From positions 78,618,001-78,682,000 of the forward strand of contig NC_058368.1 in NCBI RefSeq assembly GCF_018350175.1: 64,000 nt of DNA, given 5' to 3'. Origin of the DNA: Felis catus. Taxonomy: Eukaryota. Of this stretch, positions 12,181-25,949 are shown piece by piece; position 1 is the first letter of the stretch, and each line of letters begins with the position of its first letter. The position numbers and the translations under genes are program-made. The notes below the pieces were generated by a model. The model ran no database searches, had not been told where the DNA came from, and worked only from the letters and a program-made list of their open reading frames with translations.

Positions 12181-13160
12181 GAAAATCCATTTGTGATGGT
12201 ACCAGACTTTTATTCGACGTTTGGGAAATGTCCTCAGTCTTTAAGTGCAGCGACTGGGCCATCCACTTGCACAGCTTCCTCTCCCTGGATGCACCTCTAA
12301 CACCTATTTCCCCAAACAAAATTATTCAGCTGAGCAAAGCCAGCACTCCTGATTACTGCTGTTTCCCCTAACTCTTGACTTTGTAAGGCTACATTTTTAG
12401 TACTCTGATTCTAATGCAAAATATGTAGCAGCAAGGCTCTGAGAGGGGAGGGGCCTGGTGACGATGTAAGACAACTGGCTTTGCATTTCAGCTCTCATAC
12501 TTGCCGATCTTGGCTCATTTGCCAAACTTCTCTAAGCTTCGATCTCCTCCAGTGCAGCGTGCACGTTCGTAACATTTTACCTGCTTCAGCGAGCTGCAAA
12601 CCGAACCCCGTGCAAGGCGCATAGACCCGTGTCCAACCCTAGTAGGCGACTCATAGGTGTTGATACCGTGTGAGTAAGTGCTGTGGACCCTTCCACACCC
12701 AGAGGGCGTGTCCATCATCTTTAGAAATTTCTGCTACTATGAAACTTAGTACATTTAAAAATAGCCTACTAGGAGCGAGTCAAGCCAAACTGAAAATGCA
12801 CAGGAGAAGGTGGGGGGGGGGGAAGAAATGGTACATTAGACTCACTGTCATGATGGGACCATTTGACTTTCTGTTAGAAATTCTAGTACTTTGAAGTGAA
12901 AATACTTTGAAACTTAGCAACCGCTATATCAGCCGCAGCACCTTTTTCTTCTTTCATTTTACTGTCGCTTTGGGGCATTTAGGACAGGTAGCCCGTGACA
13001 GGTCTCTGATGGTGAAATCAGTCCTGCCTGAACTCATGGCACTATGGTTTTTATAAGTAAATTAGTTTTCTCAACTTTCCATTTTCCAGCAGGTCTTATT
13101 AAAAAGCAGGACTTTTTGACTACTGGGGAAATATCAGAGACCCATTTTTCACCATGAGGA

Positions 13161-13168
13161 TTTTTTTT

Positions 13169-13225
<57 letters not shown>

Positions 13226-13250
13226 TTCTTCTTCTTCCTCTTTTTTTTTC
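13161..13250. repeat. (TTTC)n/(TTC)n compound microsatellite
   Basis: Direct reading. Confidence 0.93.
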
Positions 13251-14013
13251 CTTTACAGAAAGAAATATGGACAGAGGAAAAAAAAATGTAATTCGAAGTC
13301 CCTTTTACTTGAGTGGTTCTTAGATGACTTTGAACTCAGCGTGTAGAGTGTTTTGACCCATATAACAACCTTGCAGAAAAAAGGAGCACTTTTCTGAGAG
13401 GAAGGTCAGAGATGATTGTAACTGAGTGCCTCCGTTCAGCACACTTGTTTCCTTTGGAGATGCGGATCCCATGGAGCACTGAAATATAGGCTGTGGAAAC
13501 GAGTATTTGATGGACTTTGGACCGTGTTGTGGAAAAGTGGAAAATTAGAAAGCTTCCTAAAACCCACGTTACAGAATTTTCTGCTATTTATTGTAGCTAC
13601 ACTGCATCATAAGAGTAAATTATTGGAAATTTCAGTAGGTTCTATCCCAACAGACTTTTTTTTTTTTTAATGAGAAGGTATGTCATTTTTGGTCACATAG
13701 GGAAAAAAAGGGGAAAAAATAATTCTTCCCTGTTTAGAGAACTGTAAACATATGGTCACCTAAAACTTGGTATGCTCGTCTTATTGGTTTGTTATTAATG
13801 GTAATAAAAGTAATTTTTTTCAAATTTTGAGATGATTCTAAGCTCTTCTGTATAGTATTTGGAGACTGTGTATGGGAGAAATTATGAGAATATCCCAAAG
13901 ACCCAGAGGCTTAGAGCATGTCCTTGTGTACCCCCGACTGTGGCCCCACTCCCCCAGCCTGCCCCCAGTCTATCCTTTGTATTTCCCTCACCATTTAGAA
14001 AAACCCAGGCAAA

Positions 14014-14245
14014 GGATGCCTGGGTGCTCAGTGGGCTAAGTGTTAGACTCTTGATCTTGGCTTTGGTCACGACTTCATGGTTCATGGGAATGAGCCCCGC
14101 GTCAGGCTCTGTGCTGAGAGTGAGAAGCCTGCTTGAGACTCAATCTCTCTCTCTCTCTCCCTCTCTCTGCCCCTGCCCAGCTTACATATGCGAGCATGTG
14201 CTGTCTTTGTCTCTCTCAAAATAAATTAAAACTTAAAAAAAAAAA
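14014..14245 (+). mobile_element. CAN SINE (older-looking type)
   Basis: GACTCTTGAT-type body, CT tract, A tail. Confidence 0.9.
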
Positions 14246-14557
14246 TAAGTTAACCTAGCCAGGAACTAGGTTAACACTGTTAAGTAATTGGTTCCTCGGG
14301 CTTGAAGTGATTTTGAGAAAGTGTGATCTTTTCATTGGTGGTCTTGACCCTTCCGAATTACACAGGCACACAGTGTTGTGTCAGTGACTTTCTACTCATT
14401 TGGGATCTTTCCGGTCTAGGCATGCGTTCAATGACTACACTTGGTAGTCATTTTACATGTAATTGCAATCTTGAAACACCACGTTTAGATTTTAAGATTT
14501 TGCTAGGAGTTTTTGTGAAATATCACGAAACCTCTTGCTTGAAATCTAGTGGATTGG

Positions 14558-14783
14558 GGGGCGCCTGGGTGGCTCAGTGGGTTTAGTGTCCAACTTAGGC
14601 TCAGATCATGATCTCAACAGTTCGTGAGTTCAAGCCCTGCCTCAGTCTCTGTGCTGACAGCTCGGAGCCTGGAGCCTGCTTCGGATCCTGTGTCTCCCTC
14701 TCTCTCTGCCCCTCCCCCCACTCATGCTTTCTCTCTCACTCTCTCTCTCAGAAAGGAATAAACATGTAGAATATTAAAAAAAA
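14558..14783 (+). mobile_element. CAN SINE
   Basis: TSD AAATCTAGTGGA. Confidence 0.95.
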
Positions 14784-15124
14784 ATCTAGTGGACTGATTT
14801 AGATTTGTTCTGTGTCTTGACCATGCTGGGAATGAAGAGGTCGGGGAAACAGCCAGTTTTACTAATTACAGAAAATCCTGGACATATTTACATCATCCTA
14901 AAATGTTGTAATCAGTCTGTGAAGCATTAAACGGTCTACTTTGCCTAACAAGGGTAATGCATGTGTTCTGAATTGCTAATTGAGATTAGTTATATTTGAT
15001 TCCAAAATGAGCCAAGGGTAGCAAGCATTTATGGGCTTACTCTAAAATATTATTCTTTTATTTGGTATAAAACCTTGGTGTTCTTTTCTTGATTTGAGGT
15101 GTTGAACCTTAAAATATTTGAAGA

Positions 15125-15176
15125 ATTTTAAACATGTTGCTTTAGTTTGTTTTGAAAGCAGGGGAGGGGCAGAGAC

Positions 15177-15208
<32 letters not shown>

Positions 15209-15355
15209 TATCCCAAGCAGTCTCTGTGCTCTCAGCTGGGAGCCTGACCCATGGCTCAGTCCCGACACAGGGCTTGATCCCACAAACTGTGACACCATGA
15301 CCTGAGTCAAAATCAAGAGTCAGACTCTTAACCAACTGAGCCACCCAGGTGCCCC
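15125..15355 (-). mobile_element. CAN SINE
   Basis: Antisense body ending GGTGCCCC. Confidence 0.9.
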
Positions 15356-16363
15356 TGATTTAAAATATTTGAATTATTACCAGTAGCTTCTGATGTTTGA
15401 AACGGTCAGTGTTTTTAAATTTAAATTAAAACTACTTATTCATTTCTTTTAAATTATACTATTAACTTCTTCAGATTAATTTGTTAATTTTCTGTGACTA
15501 AATTCACTTCCGTAGCTGATTTTTCATAGTACTGAACTTATTTAGTTATATTTATCTGTTCTATGGCTATGATCATACTAGATAAAAGGGACAAAAGCAG
15601 TTAATCGACTAATTTCACCTATGTTCTGATGCGATTTTGTTTTTAAGACAGCCTCAGTAGATTCCCTTTTTCCCAGTCTTCCCCCCCCCCCTTAATTGTG
15701 AGTGATCTTTGATTGCTATAACAAATACAGCCAGTGAATGTATTGACTCCCCTCCTGGATTCTGTGTAGCATTTTAAGGGATACTAAGGATATTTTGGTA
15801 GAAAAGATCCCTGTACCAGCAATCTAACCCTGGGACTCCCTACTGGGAAAGCCAGGGAGGGATTAAAATGTATAAACTGTAACAGGGGGAGAAAGAATAC
15901 AGTAAGAAGCCGAAGACAGGAAGGTAATGTGGAGGGGTGGTTGGGTGGACGTCTGGAGGGATGAGTAGATTTGGAACGTTCCAGTAGGACGCTGCACTTT
16001 TGCAATGTGTGATCCTCGTGTGAACATTTCTGCTTCTGCAGCAGCTGTTCTGTAGGAAACACGTTCTATCTGGGAGTAGGGATCGGATTCTGATTATAAG
16101 CCAAGCCCTCGTATCCTTTCTCACAGTCACGTGTTAACCTCATTTTTGAAGGACTAGCTCATTGGCACAGTATGGACTCCCGTGGAAAAAAAACAAAAAA
16201 AAGCCAACTGCACCTTGGGGCTAAATATGGCCTTGAGTGCCAAGAACCAGTGTTTCTAAGGAGCCTGTCTTCCTAACGTATCTAGGAGTGTTTCCTTTTG
16301 TTTATCTAACGGGACTACAATCTGACTTATTCTATGTGAAGAAAAAAAAATCCTTCAGGATAT

Positions 16364-16565
16364 TCCAGTATCCCACAGTTTCTAATGCCCCACAATGACC
16401 TAATGCCCCATAATGTCCTAATAACCATGGTGTTCTGATGCCCCATGATGTCCTAAAACCCCACAATGTCCTGATGCCCCTTGTTCTTCTGATGCCCCAC
16501 CATGTCCTGATGCCCTACTGTGTTCTGATGCCCCACGATGTCCAAATGCACCACCCCGTTCTGAC
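16364..16565. repeat. Degenerate 18-bp minisatellite, about 11 copies, consensus YCTGATGCCCCAYRATGT
   Basis: Units start at 16381, 16399, 16417, 16434, 16452, 16470, 16488, 16506, 16524, 16542. Confidence 0.9.
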
Positions 16566-18591
16566 ATCTGATGAAAGACTGGTCCCCAAACTCCTGGATG
16601 GATGGTGCTGGTATGGAAGGGAGGGAACCTGCCTGCCCTTACTGTCCCCTGGGGAGCATTGTGGGACTGAACCCCGCATGCAGGGGTGTCTCCAGCTACC
16701 ACACAGCTTGCTGTGAGCTTGTCCTTGTAACTCAACACCACTGCTGAACTTGGACTCCTGGCTGTTTGCGTGCGGGCTTCCCCCTCCCTTCGGCCTCCCC
16801 CACGGTTCCTGGTCCCCCACTGCTATTCCTCAGTCAGCCACAGCTTGTCTGAGAACCGCCCATTTTAAATAGGACTTGCAAACACCATTAAGCTTTCCTG
16901 GATTTTCTTAGCTGGTCAGGATCGCTTTCCCACAGCATTTTGTGACTTTAATGATCGATAATTACCACTTTCAGCTGTGCAGATTTCTGGAAACTCTGAT
17001 GTTAGCCCCCATCCCTGTTTTGGAAGGTTTGTATTAACGTCTCCGTCACACAGAGCGGCTGAGGCAGTGTTTCCCTGTGACCTGTGTTTACAGGACATGT
17101 TAGATGCCCTTTGTCACTTAACTGCTGCTTCTCCCAGAAACTCCCACGTCCTCGCCCATGGTAGCCACGGTGCTTTTTCAGCTCATTGATTAGTGATCTG
17201 CCATTGTCCCCCCTACACCAGGGACGTCAGGGCTCGGGCCTCACACCGGCCAGGCCCTCCTCCTGCACACCTGTGCCTCACGTGTGCTCCAACCCACCTT
17301 TCTCCAAACCCCCGACCAAGTCCCTCTTCTTCTGTTGTCTTGTCTGTCACGTTCTCCCACTCCTGACCTTCACTGTGTTGTTCACAGATTTTATCTACAT
17401 ACGTACAGGTCTGTGTAGCCTGAGTGCATGTTGAACCCATCTGCCTACTCTGCGCAGGGACTGACATTTAAAAAATGACGCCCTCGTACCCCATGTCGAC
17501 GTGAGGAGTATACTCGGTGTAAGAGATTCCTTGTCCCCATTTACTGAGGGGCAGTGAAAGGGGTGGAGCGTGTGGTCCCCAGGGACACTCCTTACAAGCT
17601 GTTTTCTTGGTTGCCTGATTTTTTCTGACATTCCTGGAAAGCACCTTCAGGCCTTCTCACTTGCTGGACAATGTTGACCGTCTCCCTGGGCCTTGCCCAT
17701 CATATCTGGACATTCAGACGGACTCTGCCTATCAGGCCCGTATCTGTTTCTTCTTGGCAAAGTGCTGTGGCACCGCTCGGGACATCGTCCTCCCTCCTCT
17801 GTGTCCTTCTCCAGAAGGGCTGGCCATTCTGGTCTTGCGGTGTAGACGGAGAGGCGCGGGGGTCACCCCTGGGGAGAAGGTGCTGGAGGTGATGTAATTC
17901 AGAGGGGGCCTGTGGAGCCAGGGGAGGTGGCAGGAATGCTCCCAGGCCTCTGGGTGACCCTGATGCCTGTCACCGCGGTCCCCAGCGCAGGGGCCCCCTC
18001 GGTGTGGTTCACGGGCGCATTTCCCCATCGCGGTGCTGAGCCCACAGGAGGCCCTCAATGGCGCAGGCTGAGCACAGCAGTGGAGGAGCAGCGGCGGAGG
18101 GGCGCCCCTGGGCTGCTGGGTGCGGTGCAGTAATAAAGTGGGGACGCTAGAGGGAGAAGGGAGGACTTCCACACCGCGGGGTGGAACAGAAGTCGGTTCA
18201 GCTGTGTTTGCTAGGATGGAAACTTCACTTCTCCCTCCTTGTCTTAAATTAAAAAAAAAAATATGGTGTGAAATCTGAACTGAATCGGATACAAATGCTT
18301 TCTCTGTTTTTAGTACAGGCCACGATGGCCTTTACCATCTGTAGCAAAAAAGTGTAGGAACGCTGATCGACATTCTAGGATCCTGATCGGAGTAGAGTCT
18401 CACGAAATTGCACCGTATCATTCAGCAGATGGGCTAGAGTTGACACCACCAGTAGAGATCGGAGGTGATAAACGATAGACACAAGGGTTGATGGACAGAG
18501 ACATGTGCTCAGCCGAGCTTGTGCAGCACCCAGAAAGTGTGTGTATTACATGAGAGGATTCGCCCGGGTGCTCACAAATGGCCATTAACCA

Positions 18592-18830
18592 GGGGCGCCT
18601 GGGAGGCTCCGTCGGTTAAGCTTCTAAGTTTGGCTCAGGTCATGGTCTCACAGTTCGTGGGTTCGAGCCCCACGTGGGGCTCTGTGCTGACAGCTGGGAA
18701 CCTGGAGCCTGCTTCGGATTCTGTGTCTCCCTCTCTCTCTGCCCCTCTCCCGCTCGTGCTCTGTCTCTCTCTGTCTCTCAAAAATAGATAAACGTTTACA
18801 AAAATTAAAAAAAAAAAACCCAAAAAACAA
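18592..18830 (+). mobile_element. CAN SINE
   Basis: Full body; imperfect TSD AAATGGCCATTAA/AAATAGTCATTAA. Confidence 0.95.
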
Positions 18831-19214
18831 ATAGTCATTAATGTAATTCATCAAATACTTCGGAGAATCAGGAAATGACTTAGTAGGAGCAGAAGGAAGG
18901 TCATGTGACCCTCTGGGACAGACCACCCTGCCTGAAACAGGTGCCCAGGGCATCCTCTCTGTTTGACCTTGAACAGTAACCTCGGCACGCATCATTTCTT
19001 CGTCTGTAAAGTGGAGGGAGTGACAGTACGTGTTTCACAGGGATTTGGTGATGTGTAAAGGAAAGAAAGCACGCAGAGCGAGAGGCCCCTGCCTAGTAAG
19101 GGCGTAACGTACACGCTTACTCTTGGGTGGTGCCAGATGGAGGCCTTTATGTTAATGTACCCGATTTCCTTCCTAACATTTGCCTGCTTCAGTCATTTCC
19201 TCTCTTTGACTCCC

Positions 19215-19325
19215 TTTTTTTAAATTATTATTATTCAGGAGGCTCCGTGCTGAACGTGGGGCTTGAACCCATGACATTGACATCAAGAGTGATAAGCTCT
19301 ACCGACGGAGCCAGCCAGGCGCCCC
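19215..19325 (-). mobile_element. Short tRNA-like CAN SINE variant lacking the CT tract
   Basis: Reverse complement begins GGGGCGCCTGGCTGGCTCCGTCGGTAGAGC and contains GGTTCAAGCCCC; flanked by CTCCCTTTT. Confidence 0.8.
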
Positions 19326-19773
19326 GGCCTCCCTTTTACTGATTGTGCTGTGCTAGAATTTTTTTTTCTTGAGTCTGTTGCCCAAAATGTTTGGGCATGT
19401 GAGTGCTTTGTGGGAGGAGCACTCTTCCGTGATTTTTGTGATCCCTCTGGATGCTGGTGCGTCTGGTGGCATGGACAGATCCGGTCCTGGTTTGGGCACA
19501 GAGGTGTCCTCAGGAAGGTGTCTGATGTGCCTGGGGAGATGCCGATGGGAGTGGTCTGGGAAGAAGTCCCGTGAGCGTTCCCTTTCTGCTGCAGTCACCC
19601 TGCGGCTCCCAGTAAATCCTCGTCTGTATCTTGGATTCCCTTTGGCTTCTATATTGTTGGATGTGGCAGAGGCTCTGCGAAGCAAACGGCAGGAGCTAAG
19701 CACAGGGACCGGGGACCTTGAGGTTGAGGAGAGAGCACGGAGCTGGGCATGGTTGACAAAGGAGAGTTTGCCT

Positions 19774-20469
19774 TTTTTTAGGTGTTTATTTTTGAGAGAG
19801 AGAGAAGAGCTGGGGGGGGGGGGACAAGTATGTGCCTGTGCACAGGCAGGGGAGGGGCAGGAGAGAGAGAAGCCGAGCAGGCTCCACGCCATCAGTGCAG
19901 AGCCTGATAAGGGGCTTGATCCCACATACCGTGAGATCAGGACCTGAGCTGGAATCAAGAGCCGGACGGACACTCGGGGCATCTGGGTGGCTCAGTCGGT
20001 TGGGAGTCTGACTCCTGATTTTGGCTCAGGTCATGATCTCACAGTTTGTGAGTTCGAGTCCATTCTGGGGCTCTGTACTGACAGGGTGGAGTGTGCTCGG
20101 GATTGTCTTTCTCCCTTTCTCTCTGCGCCTTCCCCTTTCTCTCTTTCTCTCTCAAAATGAATAAACTTAAAAACAAAAAAAAAGAGTCAAATGCTTAACT
20201 GACGAGCCACCCAGGTGCCCCAGGAGCGTCTGCCTTTTCTTTCTTTTAATCTTTTTTCTTTTTTAACTTTTGAGAGAGAGAGAGGGACAGAGCGTGAGCA
20301 GGGGTGGGGGGGAGGGCAGAGAGAGAGAGAGGAGACACAGAAGCTGAAGGAGGCTCCAGGCTCTGAGCTGTCAACACAGACCCCGATGTGGGGCTCGGAC
20401 TCACGGACCGCTAGACCATGACCTGAGCCGAAGTCAGATGCCTAACCGACTGAGCCACCCAGGCGCCCC
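19774..20469. mobile_element. Nested SINE cluster: minus SINE 19774-20221 interrupted by plus SINE 19976-20183, then minus SINE 20235-20469
   Basis: Host SINE head resumes at about 20184. Third SINE has TSD CTGCCTTTTCTTTC. Confidence 0.88.
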
Positions 20470-21962
20470 CTGCCTTTTCTTTCACCTTGACTGTATGAGA
20501 GTATTGTTTGCCCCTTCTGGATAAACAAAGGTCTGCTGCAAGTTCATTTCCAGACGCTTCAGTAAAAAACTAAGTTTAATAAAGAGATGATAGGAAAGCC
20601 TTCAGTGACACAAAAGCCGTATGTATGGAATGATGAATTCTTACACGAACTTTAAAAATTAAAAATACCCGTTAGGTATTGCATATATCATTTGTAAAAT
20701 GATGTCATATCTTCTGTCTAAATTTGAAAGAAGTACCACTTCAGTGATCAAGAAGTCCATATAATTTAGCTATCCGTGAGTAAGAAAAAAATCAGCATAA
20801 CATGTAAGGAGACACTGCTGTAGGAATATCTGATAGTCTTCTAGTTTCCAAGACTGGCGGCTGAACCTTGACTTTTGTCTCCACCTGCATGAGATCACAA
20901 AAAAGAGACCAAGGAAGAAAGAAAAGGGGGCGGAAAAAAAAGACCTTGAAAAAGCACCTATTCAATGAATCAAATTAATCATTTAAAAAATTCCAAGTTG
21001 GAAGTCACACTGAAACAAATGAGAAAGGAATTAATTTGGAACCACCAGAAAAATGACACAGAGCCAGAACTGGATTCCGTTCAATTTAAAATCGGAACAA
21101 CTTTTATGTTCTACCATCTGCCTCACCAAGAGCCCTATAAAATTTGAATACTACAGACTTTAGAGATCCCCATATGAGGACAGCTTTTTGAAGGCTCTTT
21201 AAAGAACACAAAACCAGGATAAATAATGTTGGTGTTTGTCCGGGAATCGAGTTAGTAATTAGTGATTACTGAAAAGATGAATTGCGTCTGTGATTGAGGG
21301 ACTCAGACCTTGCATGAGAAGGTCTGTCGTCTACAAAACCTCACAGAATCCCAGCAAAGGGTCTTCTGTTCCATGTAACAGAGGAGTAAATGGAGGCCCA
21401 GAGAAGGCAAGGACCTGGGGCCTATTCCTCTCCCTTGCAAATGGAGGAGAACCGCAATGGAAGCCTCCAGGTCTAAACTTGTGGTTTGAGGTGTAACAAT
21501 GACTCAACAAAATAGACAAGAGGCATGACCCAGAAATTAACCGTGCCTGCCCAATGTTCACCTTCTGGTTGTAAATGAAGGTGAGCTAGATAGAAAGCAG
21601 GTGGTATGTGCCGATAAAGTACCTGCTTTACTTTTCCGGAACACGCAGGCATATGTGTACATCTTTGTGGAGATTGTAATCAACTGCAAGCTTTAGTTCA
21701 TGGATAAGTTGTAACCATTATAATGGCTACATTTCCCATTCAGTTGCTTCTGCAGAGGCTTCCACAGATGGTCGTTGGGGCTTACACATCTTACGGTCCT
21801 GTGTCGTATGCATGGCCTGGTCAAGAAGTGAATGAGTGTCTAAAGAGAGAGGAATCTTCAAGAAGACAAAAGAAAACAGGGATAAGGTGCCGAGAAAAGG
21901 TGCCAGTGAAAGAAGTAGTAATATGCTTCAATCAAGGTTTTACTGGAGCTGATTATTATACA

Positions 21963-22183
21963 TTTTTTAATGTTTGTTTATGCTTGAGAGAGAGACAGAC
22001 AGAGAGAGAGAGAGAGCATGAGTGGGGGAGGGACAGAGTAAGAGAGGGACACAGAATCTGAAGCAAATTCCAGGCTCCCAGCTGTCAGCACAGAGCCTGA
22101 CGTGGGGCTCGAACTCCCACACTGTGAGATCATGACCTGAGCTGAAGTCGGACGCTTAACCGACGGAGCCACCCAGGCGCCCC
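21963..22183 (-). mobile_element. CAN SINE
   Basis: Antisense full body. Confidence 0.95.
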
Positions 22184-24295
22184 TGGAAATGATCATTGTA
22201 ATAAAAGATTCTACATGTGATGGCGTATTTGGGCAGTCGACACTAATGAGAAGGGTCTAGTTCATATCTGCACACTCTTGACAGATGAATGCCTTCACTT
22301 TTCAGAATTCAAATTCACTGTGTACTGATTTAATATTTAATGTGTGCCATGTGCCTAGGTTAAAATGTCCAATAAGACATGGTTCTTGCCCACGAGGAGT
22401 GCAGGGAAGACGTACAATAAGTGGGACAGTATGATAGATGCTATGGTCCCATGTACGTCACATACAGAGCAGCTCAGAGGAAGAAGCACCAGCTGGTGTG
22501 AGGCAGTGACCTTGGCTGGGTGAGAACAGAGGTGGTGGGGGCTGAGCCCGGATGGCTCTTCGTCTAATTACGCGCTCACTCCTGCCTTTCAGGCTGTGGG
22601 CAACGTCATGTAGGTCATCAGCAGTGGCACCTGTCTCGTGTTCTTGCGTCTCTGTTTGTAGACCATGTCTTCCCTGTCGAATGAGCCTAGAAACCAAGAA
22701 AGGTTAGTTCTTCTTTGAGCGAGGTCTTGAAATTCAACCAGGATGCCATGTGTGAGCCAGGATGAGGACAGGGGGTTATTCCAAGGCAGACTCTGAATCA
22801 AGAAATAGCACTGCCCGTCTGAAAGTGAGAGTGTGTGTAGGTCATTGAGCCCCAGATGAAAGGAACAAGAAGTCACCTTGACTGAAGTTCTAAAGTAATT
22901 TTCCAGCTTGGAAAGGTGGGGTTCATAGTGAACATATGTAAATGTCGAGAAAGCACTTGAGACGCATTGTCTGAGGATGGCTAAAGTTCAATTAGACTTG
23001 AGGAAAATGTGAAAATACTTGCTTTCAGCTTTTTCTAGATATAGCAGGACACATTTCGGTGTCTGGGAAAATCTACATAACCTTTCTGGATTTGACATTC
23101 TGCCTGTAGAAACGTTGAGAGTGTGTGAATGAGGGATTGCATCCAAATGTGCCCTCGTTTCTGGATATGCTTGAGACATTCTCAAATTCGTCTTCACTCC
23201 TTCCCTCTCTTTAATTCCTGACACTCAATTAGCATGTCTCCTGATCATGCTCATGTAAGTTAGCTTTACTGTGTAACAAAACATCGTCAAAACTTAACAT
23301 CACGACAGAAGAGGAAGGAACAGTTCCCAACTCATTCCATGTGGCCAGTGTTTCCCCGATACTGAAACCAGACAAAGCTGTTCCCAGAAAATGATGCACA
23401 GGTGCCTTTTGTGAATATACAAAGAAAAGGATTCCTCAATAAAATACTCATAAACCAAATCCAGAAACATATAAAAGGATTATACAGCATGACCGAGAGG
23501 AATGTATCCCAGGAATGCAAGGTTGGTTTAACATGTGCAAGTCAATCAAGGTAATGCATCATATTAATGGAAAAGAAGACAAAAACTACAAGATCATCTC
23601 AATAGACCTAGAAAAAAACCATGTGACAAAATCCAAAGTCTTTCAGGATGCATCACTTAATAAACTGGGAATAGAAGGAAAGTTGCTCAATTTGATAAAC
23701 TGCATCCGTGAAGAACCCACACCTTAAATGACATGTAATAGTGAAAGAGTGAAAGGTTTATTCCTAAGATTAGGAACAAGACAAGGATGTCTGCTCTCAT
23801 CATTTCAATTCAGCAACGAACTGGAGGGTCTAGCCAGGGAAATACGGCGAGAAAAATGAAATAAGGATTGAGATTGCAAAGGAAGCAGTAACATGATCTG
23901 TTGTAAGGTAATATGATCTTGCATATGGAAAGTCCTAGGGACCCCCCTCCCCTACCACACAAATGTAAGTAATAAACGAATTCTGCAGTTTTACAGAATA
24001 CAAGATCAGTGCACAAAACTCCGTTGTATTTCTATTAACTAGTAATGAACAACCTGATAATGAATTTAAGAAAATAATTCCACTTAAAAATAGCATCAGG
24101 AAGAATAAAATACTTAGGAATACATTTAACAAAAGAAATGCAATGCTTGTGCCTGTAAAGCTATAAAGCGTTGTTAGGAGAAATTAAAGAAGCCCTAGGT
24201 AAATGGAAATGCACTGCACATTTATGGATTGAAAGACTTAATGTTGGAAAGATGGCAGTGTTCCCCAAACTGGTCTACAGATTAAATGGAATTCT

Positions 24296-24501
24296 GGGGC
24301 CCCTGGGTGGCTTAAGGGTCCAACTCTTGATTTCAGCTCAGGTCCTGATCTCACGATTTGAGATCGAGCCCCAATTTGGGCTCTGCACTGACAGCGTGGA
24401 GCTTGGTTGGCATTCTCTCTTTCCCTCTCTCTTTCTGCTCCTCTTCTGCTCACACGCTCTCTCTCTCTCAAAATAAATAAATATTAAAAAAAAAAACCAA
24501 A

Positions 24502-24536
<35 letters not shown>

Positions 24537-24775
24537 AGCAATTCTTATTGAAATTATCCCTGGTCTTTTTGGGGGCCCCTGGATGGCTCACTCATGACTT
24601 CGGTCCGGGTCATGATCTCATGATTTGTGGGTTTGAGCCCTGCATTGACCTCCACAGTAATCGTGTGGAGCCTGCTTGGTGTTCTCTCTCTCCCTCTCTC
24701 TCTGCCCCTTACCCCACTCTCTCTCTCTCTCTCTCTCAAAATAAATAAATAAACTTAAAAATAAAATGAAATAAA
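24296..24775 (+). mobile_element. Two CAN SINEs (24296-24538 with (AAAT)n tail, 24571-24775)
   Basis: SINE heads and CT tracts inside the old L1. Confidence 0.9.
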
Positions 24776-24859
24776 ATTACAGGTGGTGTTTTTCAATCAA
24801 CGATCTAAACTTGAAATCAATATGTAAGTACAAGGAATACATAGAGCCAAAACCATATA

Positions 24860-25076
24860 TTTTTTTAAATTTTTAAAATGTTTATTTATTTTTGAGACAG
24901 AGAGAGACAGAGCATGAGCAGGGGAGGGGCAGAGAGAGGGAGACACAGAATCTGAAGCAGCTCCAGGCTCAGAGCTGTCAGCACAGAGCCCGATGCGGGG
25001 CTCGAACTCACAGACCGCGAGATCATGACCTGAGCCGAAGTCGGACGCTCCACCGACTGAGCCACCCAGGCACCCC
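24860..25076 (-). mobile_element. CAN SINE
   Basis: Antisense body; flanking CCAAAA(A)CCAT. Confidence 0.93.
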
Positions 25077-25458
25077 AAAAACCATCTTGAAGAAGAACCA
25101 AATTATAGGATTGATGCTTCCCGGTTTCAAAATTCCCACAAAACTACAGCAATCAAGACAGCGTGGTGCTGGCATAAGGCTAGATATGGAGATAAATGTA
25201 ATAGAATTAAGAGTCTAAAAATAAACCCTTACTTACCTTTGTGATCAATCAATTTTTGACAAGGTGGTCAAGACCATTCAAAGGGAATTTGTAGGCTTTT
25301 CAGCAAATGGCGCCAGGACAACAGAATATCCCTATGCAGAGACATGAAGTTGAGCTTGTCCTTCATAAAATACATAAAAATGAACTTAAACTGGATTGTA
25401 GACCTAAGTGTAAGAGCTACAACTATAACATTTTTAGCAGGAAGCACGGGAGTAAATC

Positions 25459-25908
25459 TTTTTTAAAAAGAAAAGTTTATTTATTTTGAGAGAGAGCATG
25501 TGCGTGTGTGTGAATGCATGCGTGGGTTGGGGAGGTGCAGACAGAAAGGGAGAGAAAGAATCCAAAGCAGGCTCTGCACTGCCAGTGGGGCTCGCTCTCA
25601 TGAACCATGAGATCATGACCTGAGCGGAAATCAAGAGTTGGAGGCTTAACCCACTGAGCCACCCAAGTGCCCCAGTAAATCTTTTTTTTAATAAAAAAAA
25701 ATTTAATGTTTATTTATTTTTGAGAAAGAGAAAGGGACAGAATGTGAGCAGGGGAGTGGCAGAGAGAGGGAATCACAGAATCCGAAGCAGGCTCCAGGCT
25801 CCGAGCTGTCAGCACAGAGCCCGATGTGGGACTCGAACCCCCGAACCGTGAGATCATGACCTGAGCTGAAGTTGGATGCTTAACCGGCGGAGCCACCCAG
25901 GTGCCTCC
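25459..25908 (-). mobile_element. Two CAN SINEs (25459-25673, 25682-25908)
   Basis: Antisense bodies; AGTAAATCTTTTTT flanks the first. Confidence 0.92.
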
Positions 25909-25949
25909 TTTTTTTTTTTTTTTTTAAATACAGGAAAAATAAAGTTTAA

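Noticed and set aside
16364..16565. CRISPR-like array or repeat protein
   Set aside because: Contiguous tandem units with no spacers, mammalian context, and a frame-breaking unit.
19353..19982. Overlapping 209-aa and 192-aa ORFs
   Set aside because: Partly SINE-derived, no recognisable domain, no clear splice support.
20520..21250. A-rich, Lys/Glu-rich coding-like stretch
   Set aside because: No recognisable homology and short frames. It may be a decayed LINE piece but I cannot support a call.
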